Part shown: in pieces, positions 9,193 to 19,106 of the stretch
How positions within the stretch are numbered: position 1 is the first letter of the stretch
Layout: the number at the start of each line of letters is the position of its first letter
NCBI GenBank assembly: GCA_963662265.2
Contig: CAXXHA010000036.1
Coordinates: 153,132 to 217,131 of the forward strand
Direction: 5' to 3'
Length of the DNA stretch: 64,000 nt
DNA from: Spirochaetia bacterium
Lineage (GTDB): Bacteria; Spirochaetota; Spirochaetia; CADAEX01
The notes under the pieces: model-generated
What the model saw: only the letters and a program-made list of their open reading frames with translations
The model's database searches: none
What the model was told of the DNA's origin: nothing
Position numbers and translations under genes: made by a program

Positions 9193-11099
9193 TTTATTCT
9201 GCTTCGCCTTTTGCCGTCGTTATCTTTATTATGTTTGTTATCACAGTTCTCGGCCTGTCGTTTTATTTTGCAAGACAGACAGGATCATCGAAAGGCTACT
9301 ATACTGCGGGGGGAACAATTTCCTGGCCTGTGAACGGAATTGCATTTGCAGGAGATTACCTGTCTGCTGCTTCATTCCTCGGTATCTGCGGAATGATTGC
9401 TACAGCCGGATATGACGGTTTTCTCTATTCGATAGGTTATCTTGCCGGGTGGGTAGTCGCTTTGTTTGTAGTTGCAGAGCCTATGAAGAGGCTTGGTAAA
9501 TATACTTTTACAGATGCTCTTGATTCAAAATTCAAATCAAAGGGGATTCAGCTTGCTGCCGGTATAAGCAGTATTGTTGTTTCTGTTTTTTATCTCATTC
9601 CGCAGATGGTTGGTGCAGGTGCACTTGTAACGCCTCTTCTGGGCCTTCCCCACTATGTCGGTGTTATAATGGTTGGAAGTATTGTAATTGTGATTGTAGC
9701 TACTGCAGGGATGAAATCAACAACATATGTACAGTTCCTTAAAGGGGGACTTTTAATCATCTTTTCAATCATACTTGTGTTCAGTATCATTGGTAAGGGT
9801 TTAAGCAGAAAACCTTCTGATGATTACCATGATTTCAAGAAGCTTGAAGCTGTCATGGAAGGCGGTAAAGCAGTTCCTGTTGATTCAGCATATGAAGTTA
9901 CAGCAGTCCAGTCTGCCGGCGATCTCGAATTTGTCAAACTTGCAAATAAAGGTATAGAAAGATGGTGGCAGGTTGAAAAGAGTGCATCATCTGTTGCTCT
10001 TGTTGAATGTCTATCTAAAACAAAAAAAGGTGACGGCTCTGTTCTTTATAACGGTAGACCAAAGGAAGATGGTGCTTTCTTCCCTGTCGGCCATTTCAAC
10101 AGCATTAAGATGGACGGCAAAGAGGTTAACAATACAGGTAAACTGGGACCGTTAAGCTTTTTCTCAGTAATCAGGGAAAGCAAGATTACAAGATTCCCCA
10201 AAGCAGTTATTGATAATGGTAAAGACAAGGTATATATCTGGTACCAGAAGGTTACTGACGGAAGCAAAGTACTCCGTCCTGGTCTCAAGTTCAAGATTGA
10301 CAAAGGCTCTTCAGCCACATCAAAACTCAATTTTGTATCTCTGATGCTTTCACTCTTTTTCGGAACAGCAGCTCTGCCTCATGTCCTTATCAGATACTAC
10401 ACAGTTCCAAGTCCTGCAGATGCCAGAAAATCAACAATTGTTGCTATCGGCGCTATCGGGCTTTTCTATGTGCTTACACTCTATATGGGAATCGGAGCAA
10501 TGGTTAACGGTGTTCTCGATGTGGAAAGCAGCAACATGGCTGCCCCCCTGCTTGCAAAGACATTCGGAGTATTCCTGTTTGCTGTAATTTCTGCAATTGC
10601 ATTTGCAACAGTACTCGGAACAGTGAGCGGTCTTATTGTTGCTGCATCAGGCGCTGTTGCCCATGACCTCATGACTAATTTTATGGGAATAAATATGAGC
10701 GATGCGGGTAAGGTTAAGGCTGGAAAGATCGCGGCAATTTGTGTCGGCGGTATTGCAATACTGCTGGGGATCCTGTTCAAGGGGATGAATGTTTCATTCC
10801 TTGTAGGGCTTGCCTTTGCTGTTGCTGCATCTGCAAATCTGCCTGCAATAATTATGATACTGTTCTGGAAAAAGACAACTGCAAAGGGTGTTACTGCTTC
10901 CATAGTAACAGGGATGATTTCAGCACTTGGAATTATTCTCCTTTCACCGAGCATGTATTCAAGGTACGGTCTCAACCCTGCAGATGCAGTTTTTCCGATT
11001 GATAATCCCGGAATCATATCAATTCCGCTTTCATTTATTGTTCTTGTTGCTGTTTCACTCATGACTCAGAAAAAAACTTCTGAAGTGAAAGAATCATAA
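9189..11099 (+). CDS. actP: Cation/acetate symporter ActP-like sodium:solute symporter with a large soluble insertion
   Basis: NGIAFAGDYLSAASFLG, YLIPQMVGAG, GTAALPHVLIRYYTVP, FAVAASANLP; paired with DUF485. Confidence 0.85.
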   Translation: MIYSASPFAVVIFIMFVITVLGLSFYFARQTGSSKGYYTAGGTISWPVNGIAFAGDYLSAASFLGICGMIATAGYDGFLYSIGYLAGWVVALFVVAEPMKRLGKYTFTDALDSKFKSKGIQLAAGISSIVVSVFYLIPQMVGAGALVTPLLGLPHYVGVIMVGSIVIVIVATAGMKSTTYVQFLKGGLLIIFSIILVFSIIGKGLSRKPSDDYHDFKKLEAVMEGGKAVPVDSAYEVTAVQSAGDLEFVKLANKGIERWWQVEKSASSVALVECLSKTKKGDGSVLYNGRPKEDGAFFPVGHFNSIKMDGKEVNNTGKLGPLSFFSVIRESKITRFPKAVIDNGKDKVYIWYQKVTDGSKVLRPGLKFKIDKGSSATSKLNFVSLMLSLFFGTAALPHVLIRYYTVPSPADARKSTIVAIGAIGLFYVLTLYMGIGAMVNGVLDVESSNMAAPLLAKTFGVFLFAVISAIAFATVLGTVSGLIVAASGAVAHDLMTNFMGINMSDAGKVKAGKIAAICVGGIAILLGILFKGMNVSFLVGLAFAVAASANLPAIIMILFWKKTTAKGVTASIVTGMISALGIILLSPSMYSRYGLNPADAVFPIDNPGIISIPLSFIVLVAVSLMTQKKTSEVKES

Positions 11100-11133
11100 A
11101 ACCACCCTGCAGGGGCATCCCGGATTGTTATTC

Positions 11134-11165
11134 AGCAGCCTGCTTTTTGCAGGCTGCTTTTTTTT
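11134..11165 (+). terminator. Rho-independent terminator after actP
   Basis: AGCAGCCTGC-ttttt-GCAGGCTGCT followed by a T-run. Confidence 0.85.
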
Positions 11166-11389
11166 GAGGAAAAGATACAAGCTGGAATAAAATACATCAG
11201 GTTTAATATGCTTTTTAGCCGGTTTATACGGAATTTAACAGTATTCATCATTTTTTAGTTGTAAAAAAAACTATCGATATAAAATTAAGTATTTAATAAA
11301 AAGGTTTTTGACAATACACTTTGTGCAGCTACCTTTGGTACTATTATATTGTCTCTCCGGATATACGACAGCTAAATTAGGAGATTTAA

Positions 11390-12784
11390 ATGAATGAAAC
11401 ACACTTTTTCTCACAAGAAATTATGAAATCCGGTGATATAAGAGGTGTCATCGGAGAAGAGCTTTTCTATGAAGATGCATATTTTATAGGAAGGTCTTTC
11501 GGAACAATTATGATGCATCGCGGTAAAAGAAGCTGTGCTGTCGGCTATGACGGGAGACTTTCATCTCCAGAACTAAGCACTCAGCTGCTCAGGGGACTGA
11601 CAGATTCAGGTATTGATGCTGTTGTTTTAGGGCTTATACCCAGTCCGGTGCTGTATTTTGCAGTCTCACAATATGGATATCATTGCGGGATTGTCATAAC
11701 AGCAAGTCATAATCCTGCAGAGTATAACGGATTCAAGTTTATTACTGATGAAGGGCCGTATCATGGTGATGATATCCAGAAGCTTGCACTTGTATGTAAA
11801 GAAGCTGATTATAGCACGGGAAAAGGTTCAGTTTCTCATCGCAATATAATATCTGACTATATAGAATATATAGTTTCCTTTCTAAAGCTCCCGTTTAAAA
11901 AAGAGCTTTCTGTTGTCTGGGATCCGGGAAACGGTGCATCCGCTGCTGTAATTCATCATTTTATCAGAAATATACCGGGTAAGAACATATTGATTTGCGG
12001 TGAGGTGGATGGGACCTTCCCAAACCATCATCCGGATCCCAGCATCAGGGAAAATGTAGTAATGCTGCAGAAAGCTGTTAGTGAGTCCGGGGCAGATCTC
12101 GGAATAGCTTTTGACGGAGATGGTGACAGGCTTGGTGTGGTTGACAGTGAAGGATATCTTCTGTTCGGGGACCAGCTTTTAACAGTTTTTGCAAGAGACT
12201 TTCTAAAGGACAATCCCGGGGAAAAGGTAATGTCTGAAGTCAAGGCAAGTCGTTTTTTTTATGATGATATTCTTTCAAACGGCGGGCAGCCTGTGATGTG
12301 GAAAGTGGGGCATTCAAATCAGAAGGAGAAGATGAAGGCAGATCATATCTGTCTTGCAGGAGAGACAAGCGGGCATATTTATTTTAAGGAAAACAGGGGA
12401 TTTGATGATGCTCTTTTTGCATCAGTCAAGCTTCTGAATATTCTCTCAAATAGTGAAAAGAGTTTGACAGAGATGCGCAAGGAATTCCCTGTATATCAGG
12501 ACAGCGGTGAAATCCGGATTCCTCTTGATAAAGAGGAGAGTGCAAGGATGCTTGAAAAGATATCAATCCGCCTGATATCAGAAGGGCGGGATTTTAACGA
12601 TATTGACGGTATCCGGGTTCCCTGTTCCGACGGTTTCTGGATAATGAGAAGTTCCAATACTCAACCCCACATTACTATCCGCTGTGAAGCTGTGAGCAGA
12701 GAAGGGCTTGATGAGTGTTTCAGGGAAATAGAGGAATATCTTGCTTATACAGGAAATCCGGGATTATTGGGAGAAATAAATTAA
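11390..12784 (+). CDS. Phosphomannomutase/phosphoglucomutase
   Basis: DIRG, ITASHNP (phosphoserine), FDGDGDR, GETSGH motifs. Confidence 0.92.
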   Translation: MNETHFFSQEIMKSGDIRGVIGEELFYEDAYFIGRSFGTIMMHRGKRSCAVGYDGRLSSPELSTQLLRGLTDSGIDAVVLGLIPSPVLYFAVSQYGYHCGIVITASHNPAEYNGFKFITDEGPYHGDDIQKLALVCKEADYSTGKGSVSHRNIISDYIEYIVSFLKLPFKKELSVVWDPGNGASAAVIHHFIRNIPGKNILICGEVDGTFPNHHPDPSIRENVVMLQKAVSESGADLGIAFDGDGDRLGVVDSEGYLLFGDQLLTVFARDFLKDNPGEKVMSEVKASRFFYDDILSNGGQPVMWKVGHSNQKEKMKADHICLAGETSGHIYFKENRGFDDALFASVKLLNILSNSEKSLTEMRKEFPVYQDSGEIRIPLDKEESARMLEKISIRLISEGRDFNDIDGIRVPCSDGFWIMRSSNTQPHITIRCEAVSREGLDECFREIEEYLAYTGNPGLLGEIN

Positions 12785-12829
12785 GATAAGGATTGCCGGC
12801 GGATTCCAGAATTATTCCAGTATAATTAT

Positions 12830-13591
12830 TTACATCTGTGCGAGTGTGACTGATACTGCTGAATCATCAGAATCTTCGCCGGTAAGGGATGCTTCCCAGT
12901 TGTTTGATGTTCCCTCAACATAAACATATAAATCATAGGTAACACCGAAATACCCTATACCTGATACAATAAGCGGAAAATCATCAACTGATGCGGATGA
13001 ATTGAATGGACCTGCCCCGACTCCAAGCGTAGCATTTACCATCCCGACAAGTTCGTTTACCGATGCCGGACTTGACCTGAGTGAGGCTTTCATTGTTTCA
13101 TCAAGTTTTCCCCCCACGACCCAGTAGCAGTGTGCTGTTTTATTATCTGTATCTCCTGTTCCCGGAGCTGTTACCTGGATCTGTTTATGGTTGAATGTTG
13201 AAAGAGTTCCGGATGAACCCAGTGTCACATCAGCCATGAGAGAAAAAATAGTAATCACTGTTCCCCTGTAATCATCCCCGTACTGGTTATCCCCGTCATC
13301 ATCTATCCATACAAATATTGTGTAGGGGCAGTTGTCATTGTCAATATTGGGAAAATAGACAGAATTGTTACCAGGAAGGGAGAACGGAACTGTAAGGGAA
13401 ACTACTGAATCATAAATATTTGACGATGTTTTAAATGCCGAGCCTATATACTGGCCTGACGGGAGATTTAGTGATGTATCTTCCAGTGTATAGGAATAGG
13501 TCCCTGAGCTGCTTCCGCTGCCTCCTCCACCGGAACATCCAGCAAGTAAGATTGTAAAAGCCAGAAAAGGAAACATAATTTGTTTTAGCAT
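12830..13591 (-). CDS. Hypothetical lipoprotein
   Basis: Lipobox LLAG-C followed by a Ser/Gly tether; AGGAGG RBS. Confidence 0.7.
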   Translation of the reverse strand: MLKQIMFPFLAFTILLAGCSGGGGSGSSSGTYSYTLEDTSLNLPSGQYIGSAFKTSSNIYDSVVSLTVPFSLPGNNSVYFPNIDNDNCPYTIFVWIDDDGDNQYGDDYRGTVITIFSLMADVTLGSSGTLSTFNHKQIQVTAPGTGDTDNKTAHCYWVVGGKLDETMKASLRSSPASVNELVGMVNATLGVGAGPFNSSASVDDFPLIVSGIGYFGVTYDLYVYVEGTSNNWEASLTGEDSDDSAVSVTLAQM

Positions 13592-13778
13592 TACATAGCC
13601 TCCTTTAAGCTTATATAAAAATTTTAGTAAATTATTCTGCAGATAGCAAGGAAGCTGATTGATGTTGTTTGTTCTTTTTACCGTGTAAAATGGTGGTCAT
13701 GTTTTATATTGTATTGTATTATTCTGGAGATCAATATTTTAAAAATGATTATGAATAAATAGAATAAAGAGGTCTTTC

Positions 13779-14240
13779 ATGAAAAAGATATTTGCATTAA
13801 TTATGGTTCTTGTTATCAGTCTTTCTTTTATTTCCTGCTCAGACAGCGGGAGCAGTTCTTCTCTTACTGATCAGGAGAAAATGGCTATTTTAAGTGCAGC
13901 TTTTACAGGATCATCTGCAGGAATAGCAGCTGCTAATCCAACAAAGGCTGTTTCTACAGATACTTCTATTGACGGAATCAGTGTTACCGGGGATTTCTCC
14001 ACAATCAATAGTGGTGATTACACAATGACAATAACATTCAACAATTACTCTGATTCAAATGTCACACTCAATGGCTCCATTACATTCAGTCTTGCAGGCG
14101 GTACAACCTACTCAATGACCGGAAGTATCACTGCTGTATATCAGGGAGAGTCATACAGTTTCGGTATGAATATTACAGGTACAGGATCAGACAGCATGAC
14201 AGGAACAATCACAGTAGACGGAACAGTATATAATCTTTAA
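13779..14240 (+). CDS. Hypothetical lipoprotein, Ser/Thr/Gly-rich and beta-strand-like
   Basis: Spirochaete-type lipobox SFIS-C, Ser tether, alternating beta pattern. Confidence 0.7.
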   Translation: MKKIFALIMVLVISLSFISCSDSGSSSSLTDQEKMAILSAAFTGSSAGIAAANPTKAVSTDTSIDGISVTGDFSTINSGDYTMTITFNNYSDSNVTLNGSITFSLAGGTTYSMTGSITAVYQGESYSFGMNITGTGSDSMTGTITVDGTVYNL

Positions 14241-14307
14241 TCCGGCACTGCTTCATAAAACGGGACGTGAAATATCAGTTGTTTCATGATATTTATATGC
14301 GTGCAGC

Positions 14308-15844
14308 TTAAACAGAAGCATGGGTATAATGCTTAACAGGGGAGGCTTCTTCAAGTCTCCCTTTTTCATTTATAACAGAAACAGCACCGTGTCCGCAGCA
14401 AATGAGAAAATCACCATTGCTCCTCTCTCTGTATTTCCTGCTGCATGATACTGCCAGGTCAAGAAGATCCTTCCTTTCCTTTTTTGCAAGGCTGCTGTCC
14501 ACATTTACAGTTGTCATCAGGTAATCTGCAAACATGTTGTATTCAGTCCTCTCCTTTGTTATGCTTTTCAGGTTCAGAAGGCTGTCAAAGGTGAATAAAA
14601 GCCCTTCAGATTCCTCAAGCAGGAAAAGCTGCCCCTTCTGATGCCCCCCGTGGCTTTCCAGTATCCTGAACTCAAGGCCGCACCGGCATAATTCCCCAGT
14701 CACCGGGAATTCCCCCGCTTTTTCAGCTGCCCCCTTATGGTTTGTAAAGCATGATGTATCAGCCCCTTGCGGCGGATTCCACCCCGAAAATTCAGCTATC
14801 AGTGTTGTGTAGATCTCTTCCAGAATTGAATTTTCATTGACAGAACCTATCGCCCTGTTTCCCTTCTGGATTATTTCCATTGTTGTGTTGTGCATAACAG
14901 GAAGGGATGAATGATATCCGCCTCCGCCGCAGTGATCAGCATCTGCATGGGAGATGAAAAGACTTTTTCTTTTATTTTTCAGTCCGGGCTGGATATAGTT
15001 CAGCATTCTCGTTATATCGTCGTGGTAAATCCCATATCCTGTATCTATCATCAGGTATTCATCTTCAGATTCAATTATATTGATATTACCGCCGCAGGGG
15101 AGCTGGTATATGTAGAGTTCAGAACTGTTTTTGAGTTTGAACTGCTGGTAGTCTGCATAGAAATTCCTGCCGGTTGTATTGTGAAGTGTTTCAGCCTTGC
15201 TGTAAATTTTTTCGAAAACAGTTTCCGGGTTTTCACCCAGCTTATTCAGTTCATGTGCTATGTTGTTGATATCATTCAGAAATGACAGGAGAAAAATATC
15301 CCCACCGCTGTTCAGGTATTTACTCAGCCGCTCTGCATATCTGACATAAAACACAGTTTTATCCAGTTCATTCCCCTTTTTGCAGTATTCCTCAATTTCC
15401 ACCTTGAATCTGCTTTTCAGGCTGTCTATGAATTTAATAACCGGCTGGTTCTCTGTTGTGCTGACTGTGAGGCTTACTTCATTTCTGTTCTGTCCAAGCC
15501 TGTTATGGTCTATTGATTTAATATCTATTCCGTGATCATCTGCTTCAGTCAGTATTTCTGAAATAATCCTGCTTCTCTCGGGAATAAATATTTTCAGGCC
15601 TGATGAATTCCGGTTCTTTTATTGAAGTGAGAAGATAGCCGCTTTTTTCAAGCGTGTTGTATATTTCCCGGTAGCTGTTTCTGTCAGTTTTTATCTGGAA
15701 GAATACTATGTTCGGATCAAGGTCCCTGTCAAAATTTATCCTTTCGATATCTGCATAATATCTTTTTATTACTGCAGTTACATATCTTATGTCGGATGTA
15801 GTTCCTCTTGTTTTTATTATCAGTGAGAAGCTTATGCTGTTCAT
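14308..15844 (-). pseudogene. ACT-like domains plus MBL-fold metallo-hydrolase, split by one frameshift near 15598 (probably a sequencing error)
   Basis: ORF 15545-15844 and the frame of 14308-15402 (open up to ~15600) join as EFIR|LKIFIPER. Motifs IDTGYG, ISHADADHCGG, HGGHQKG, CCGHG. Confidence 0.7.
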
Positions 15845-16100
15845 TGTATTATTTCCCTGTAAGAGAATCTGAATAATATTTATCAGTAGATTCAGACCTG
15901 TTGAAAAAGTTATCAAAAAAAATAAAACAATAAAAGTAAGGAATGTGAAAAATATTAAAAAAATTTATTTGATATCTGGTTTTTTTTAATATTTTTCATC
16001 TGCAAAGCATTTTTTCATTAACAGATAACGGATTTGCCTTCCTGTTCCGTGTAAAAAATCAATAAATTTCTGCTCCGGATATTTTTTTCTGAAAAAAATA

Positions 16101-16129
16101 TTGACAGCGTCCTGAAAATAGTATATGTT
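16101..16129 (+). promoter_or_regulatory. Sigma70-type promoter of trpB
   Basis: TTGACA-17 nt-TATGTT. Confidence 0.6.
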
Positions 16130-16177
16130 GCTGTCTGTAGAAACGTTACTATCTGTAGAAATGATAAGGAGATATAT

Positions 16178-17397
16178 ATGGAAACTAAAACAAGTTTGAA
16201 AGCCCTGCCTGACCAGAAAGGTTATTTCGGTAATTACGGGGGAAGCTTTGTTCCTGAACAGCTTACAGCTATTCTTCAGGAAATTGCTGATGAATATGAA
16301 AAAATCAAGGATGATCCCTGAATTCCAGGCTGAATTAAAAGAGCTTTACAGGGATTATGTGGGAAGACCCAGTCCTGTTTTTCATGCAAAAGGGCTTTCA
16401 AAAAAGATTGGCGGTGCTCAGAATATATCTCAAGAGGGAAGATCTCAACCATACAGGGGGCTCACAAGATAAATCATTGCCTGGGGGAAGCACTTCTGGC
16501 AAAGAAGATGGGCAAGAAAAAAATTATTGCAGAAACAGGCGCAGGGCAGCATGGTGTTGCACTCGCGACAGCTGCAGCTCTCCTCGACCTTGAATGTGAT
16601 ATTTATATGGGTGAAGTTGATATAGCAAAGGAACATCCGAATGTAGTAAGGATGAAAATACTCGGAGCCAATGTTATTCCTGTTAAATCCGGGCTCAAGA
16701 CTCTTAAAGAGGCTGTTGATGAAGCTTTCATAGGATACCTTCAGGATCCTGTAAACCAGCTCTATGCTATCGGTTCTGTTGTCGGTCCCCATCCATTTCC
16801 TATGATGGTGCGTGACTTCCAGAAAATTGTCGGAGAAGAGGCCAGGGCCCAGTTTTTTGAGAAACTGGAAAAAATCTGATAACCTTGTTGCATGTGTCGG
16901 CCGGCGGGGTCAAACGCGATGGGACTCTTTACCGCTTTCCTTGATGATGAAAAAGTTAATATTTACGGTGTTGAACCTGCAGGGGTTGGATTCAAGGATG
17001 GTGAACATGCGTGTACACTTACATATGGTACTCCCGGAATGATTCACGTTTTAAATGCTATGTTCTTCAGGATGAAAACGGGGAGCCCAAACCTGTATAC
17101 TCTGTTGCAAGCGGTCTTGATTACCCCGGTGTAGGGCCTCAGCACAGCTATCTCAAGGATATCGGCAGGGTTAACTATGAATGTATAAATGATAAAGAAG
17201 CTATTGATGCTTTCTTCGAGCTTTCACGTGTTGAAGGTATTATTCCTGCACTTGAAAGTTCACATGCCGTTGCCTATGCAATGAAACTTGCTGCCAAACT
17301 TTCTCCTGAAGAAACAATCCTCTTAAACCTTTCAGGCAGGGGAGACAAGGATATAGACTTTGTAGTTGAAAAATACGGAGCTGATTACGGGCTTTAA
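16178..17397 (+). pseudogene. trpB: Tryptophan synthase beta chain, broken by at least 5 single-base indels
   Basis: AAGGAG RBS; [29 protein letters not shown] (PLP Lys), [26 protein letters not shown], distributed over shifting frames. Confidence 0.9.
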
Positions 17398-17410
17398 ATA
17401 ATTACTGAAT

Positions 17411-17466
17411 CAGCAATAGTTCTATTGCTGTTTTATCCCCGGTATATTAACCGGGGATTTTTTTTT
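17411..17466 (+). terminator. Tandem terminator hairpins after trpB
   Basis: CAGCAATAG/CTATTGCTG then ATCCCCGGT/ACCGGGGAT plus a T-run. Confidence 0.8.
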
Positions 17467-17630
17467 CTTCATATAAAAATCTCCTTCTCTTCATCCAATA
17501 TTCACAAAAAAGCAGATAAAATATAAACAGCTGAATCAGTATTGTTTTATTTGTAATAAAATAAAAAATAATACTAAAAACAGCAGTACTGTACTAAAAT
17601 TATATTTGATTTATATTGATGGAGGTAATG

Positions 17631-18762
17631 ATGGCAGATCTTAAAAAAGCGGGTAAAAGAAACCGGTCTTTAAGGTTCAGCATACTTGTTTTTGTACTTG
17701 TTCTTACAACTGTTATGGGACTGATGCATACTTTCGGAAAGAAATTTAGAATTGCATCAATTGATTCCTTCTGTCCCTTTGGAGGTCTTGAGTCTATCTA
17801 CGGATATTTTCAGGATGGCACATTTCTAAAGAGGACTAATTTTAATGACCTGCTTCTTTTAATAATAGTCACTGTCCTTGCACTTGTTTTCAGGAGAACT
17901 TTCTGCGGAAATATCTGTCCACTGGGAACTCTTCAGGAGCTTTTCGGGAAACTTCGTGGATTTTTCATAAAAAAACGGCTTGTTATCCCGGTACAGATAG
18001 ACAGGGCGCTGAGATATCTCAAATATGTAGTGCTTGTTGTTGTCCTGGGGGCTACCTGGAAACTGGGAGTGCTTGTTATAAGGCCGTATGATCCGTGGCC
18101 TGCATATCATCACCTGTATTCTGAAGACCTGCTGGAGGAATTCCCGATCGGATTGGCAGTCCTTGCTGTTACACTTATCGGATCATTTCTCTATGACCGC
18201 TTTTTTCTGCAAATATCTCTGTCCAATGGGAGCCTTTCTTGGAATAGTCGGAAAGATCGGTTTTTTCAGGGTAAGGCGGAATTCAGAAACCTGTATAAAC
18301 TGCAAACTGTGCTCAAAGGCATGTCCTGTAAATATTGATGTTGCTGTAGCAGATGATGTAAAGACCGCTGAATGCCTGAACTGCAACGAGTGTGTAAATG
18401 TCTGTCCTGTAGAAAATACACTTACAATATCGGGAAAGAAAAAGGGGAGAATCGGTTCTCTTTCTTTTACAACTGTAACATTTATAGCAATTCTTGCTGT
18501 AGTAGGAGTGAGCACTGTTTCAGGAAGCTTCATATGGCTTATGCCTTCACTCGGTTATGAGGGATCTCTTGCAGATTTTGATCCTGATGATATAAGGGGG
18601 AAATATACCTTTGAAGAGGTCTCCCAGGCTACAGGAATTCCTGCAGAAGTTCTTAAAAGCAAATTCGAACTGACTGATGATGAATATGTTCACCCGATAA
18701 AGGAATCCGGAAGGGAAACAAGTCTTGTCAGGGATTTTGTGCGGGAATTGCAGAATAAATAG
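17631..18762 (+). pseudogene. Membrane 4Fe-4S binding protein (NapH/YccM-like polyferredoxin), one frameshift near 18203
   Basis: FCPFGGLE, FCGNICPLG, RFFCKYLCPMG, CINCKLCSKACP, CLNCNECVNVCP; extra T in the TTTTTT run. Confidence 0.85.
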
Positions 18763-18818
18763 CTGTCAGGATCCTATTCCGGAATAATCAGCTGATAATT
18801 ACAAAGTATGTCAGTATC

Positions 18819-18910
18819 TGGTAAAAACCCCTTTTGTTGGTCAAAAATCCAATAGAAGAGGGGTTTTTATGAAATTTACAGAACAGGAAGTTATTGATAG
18901 GGTGAACTAG
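18819..18910 (+). mobile_element. Hairpin (terminator-like), possibly the left-end remnant of an IS3-family element
   Basis: TGGTAAAAACCCC...GGGGTTTTT-ATG inverted repeat sequestering an RBS, followed by the mini-ORF MKFTEQEVIDRVN*, which resembles an IS3 OrfA start. Confidence 0.3.
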
Positions 18911-19106
18911 TAAAGCTGGTCAGGCTTTTTTATAGGTATGTAGTGAATGTTTAATACTTCCTCAAAAGCATCACTTTACAGAACTTTTACAAAACTTTTA
19001 CATACAGATAACTGTGGAAATTGGATGTTAATGATGAGGGAGGTATATAATTACGGTCGCTACCTTAATAAGCATCTTGTAATTTATACTTAAAAGGGGT
19101 CATGAA

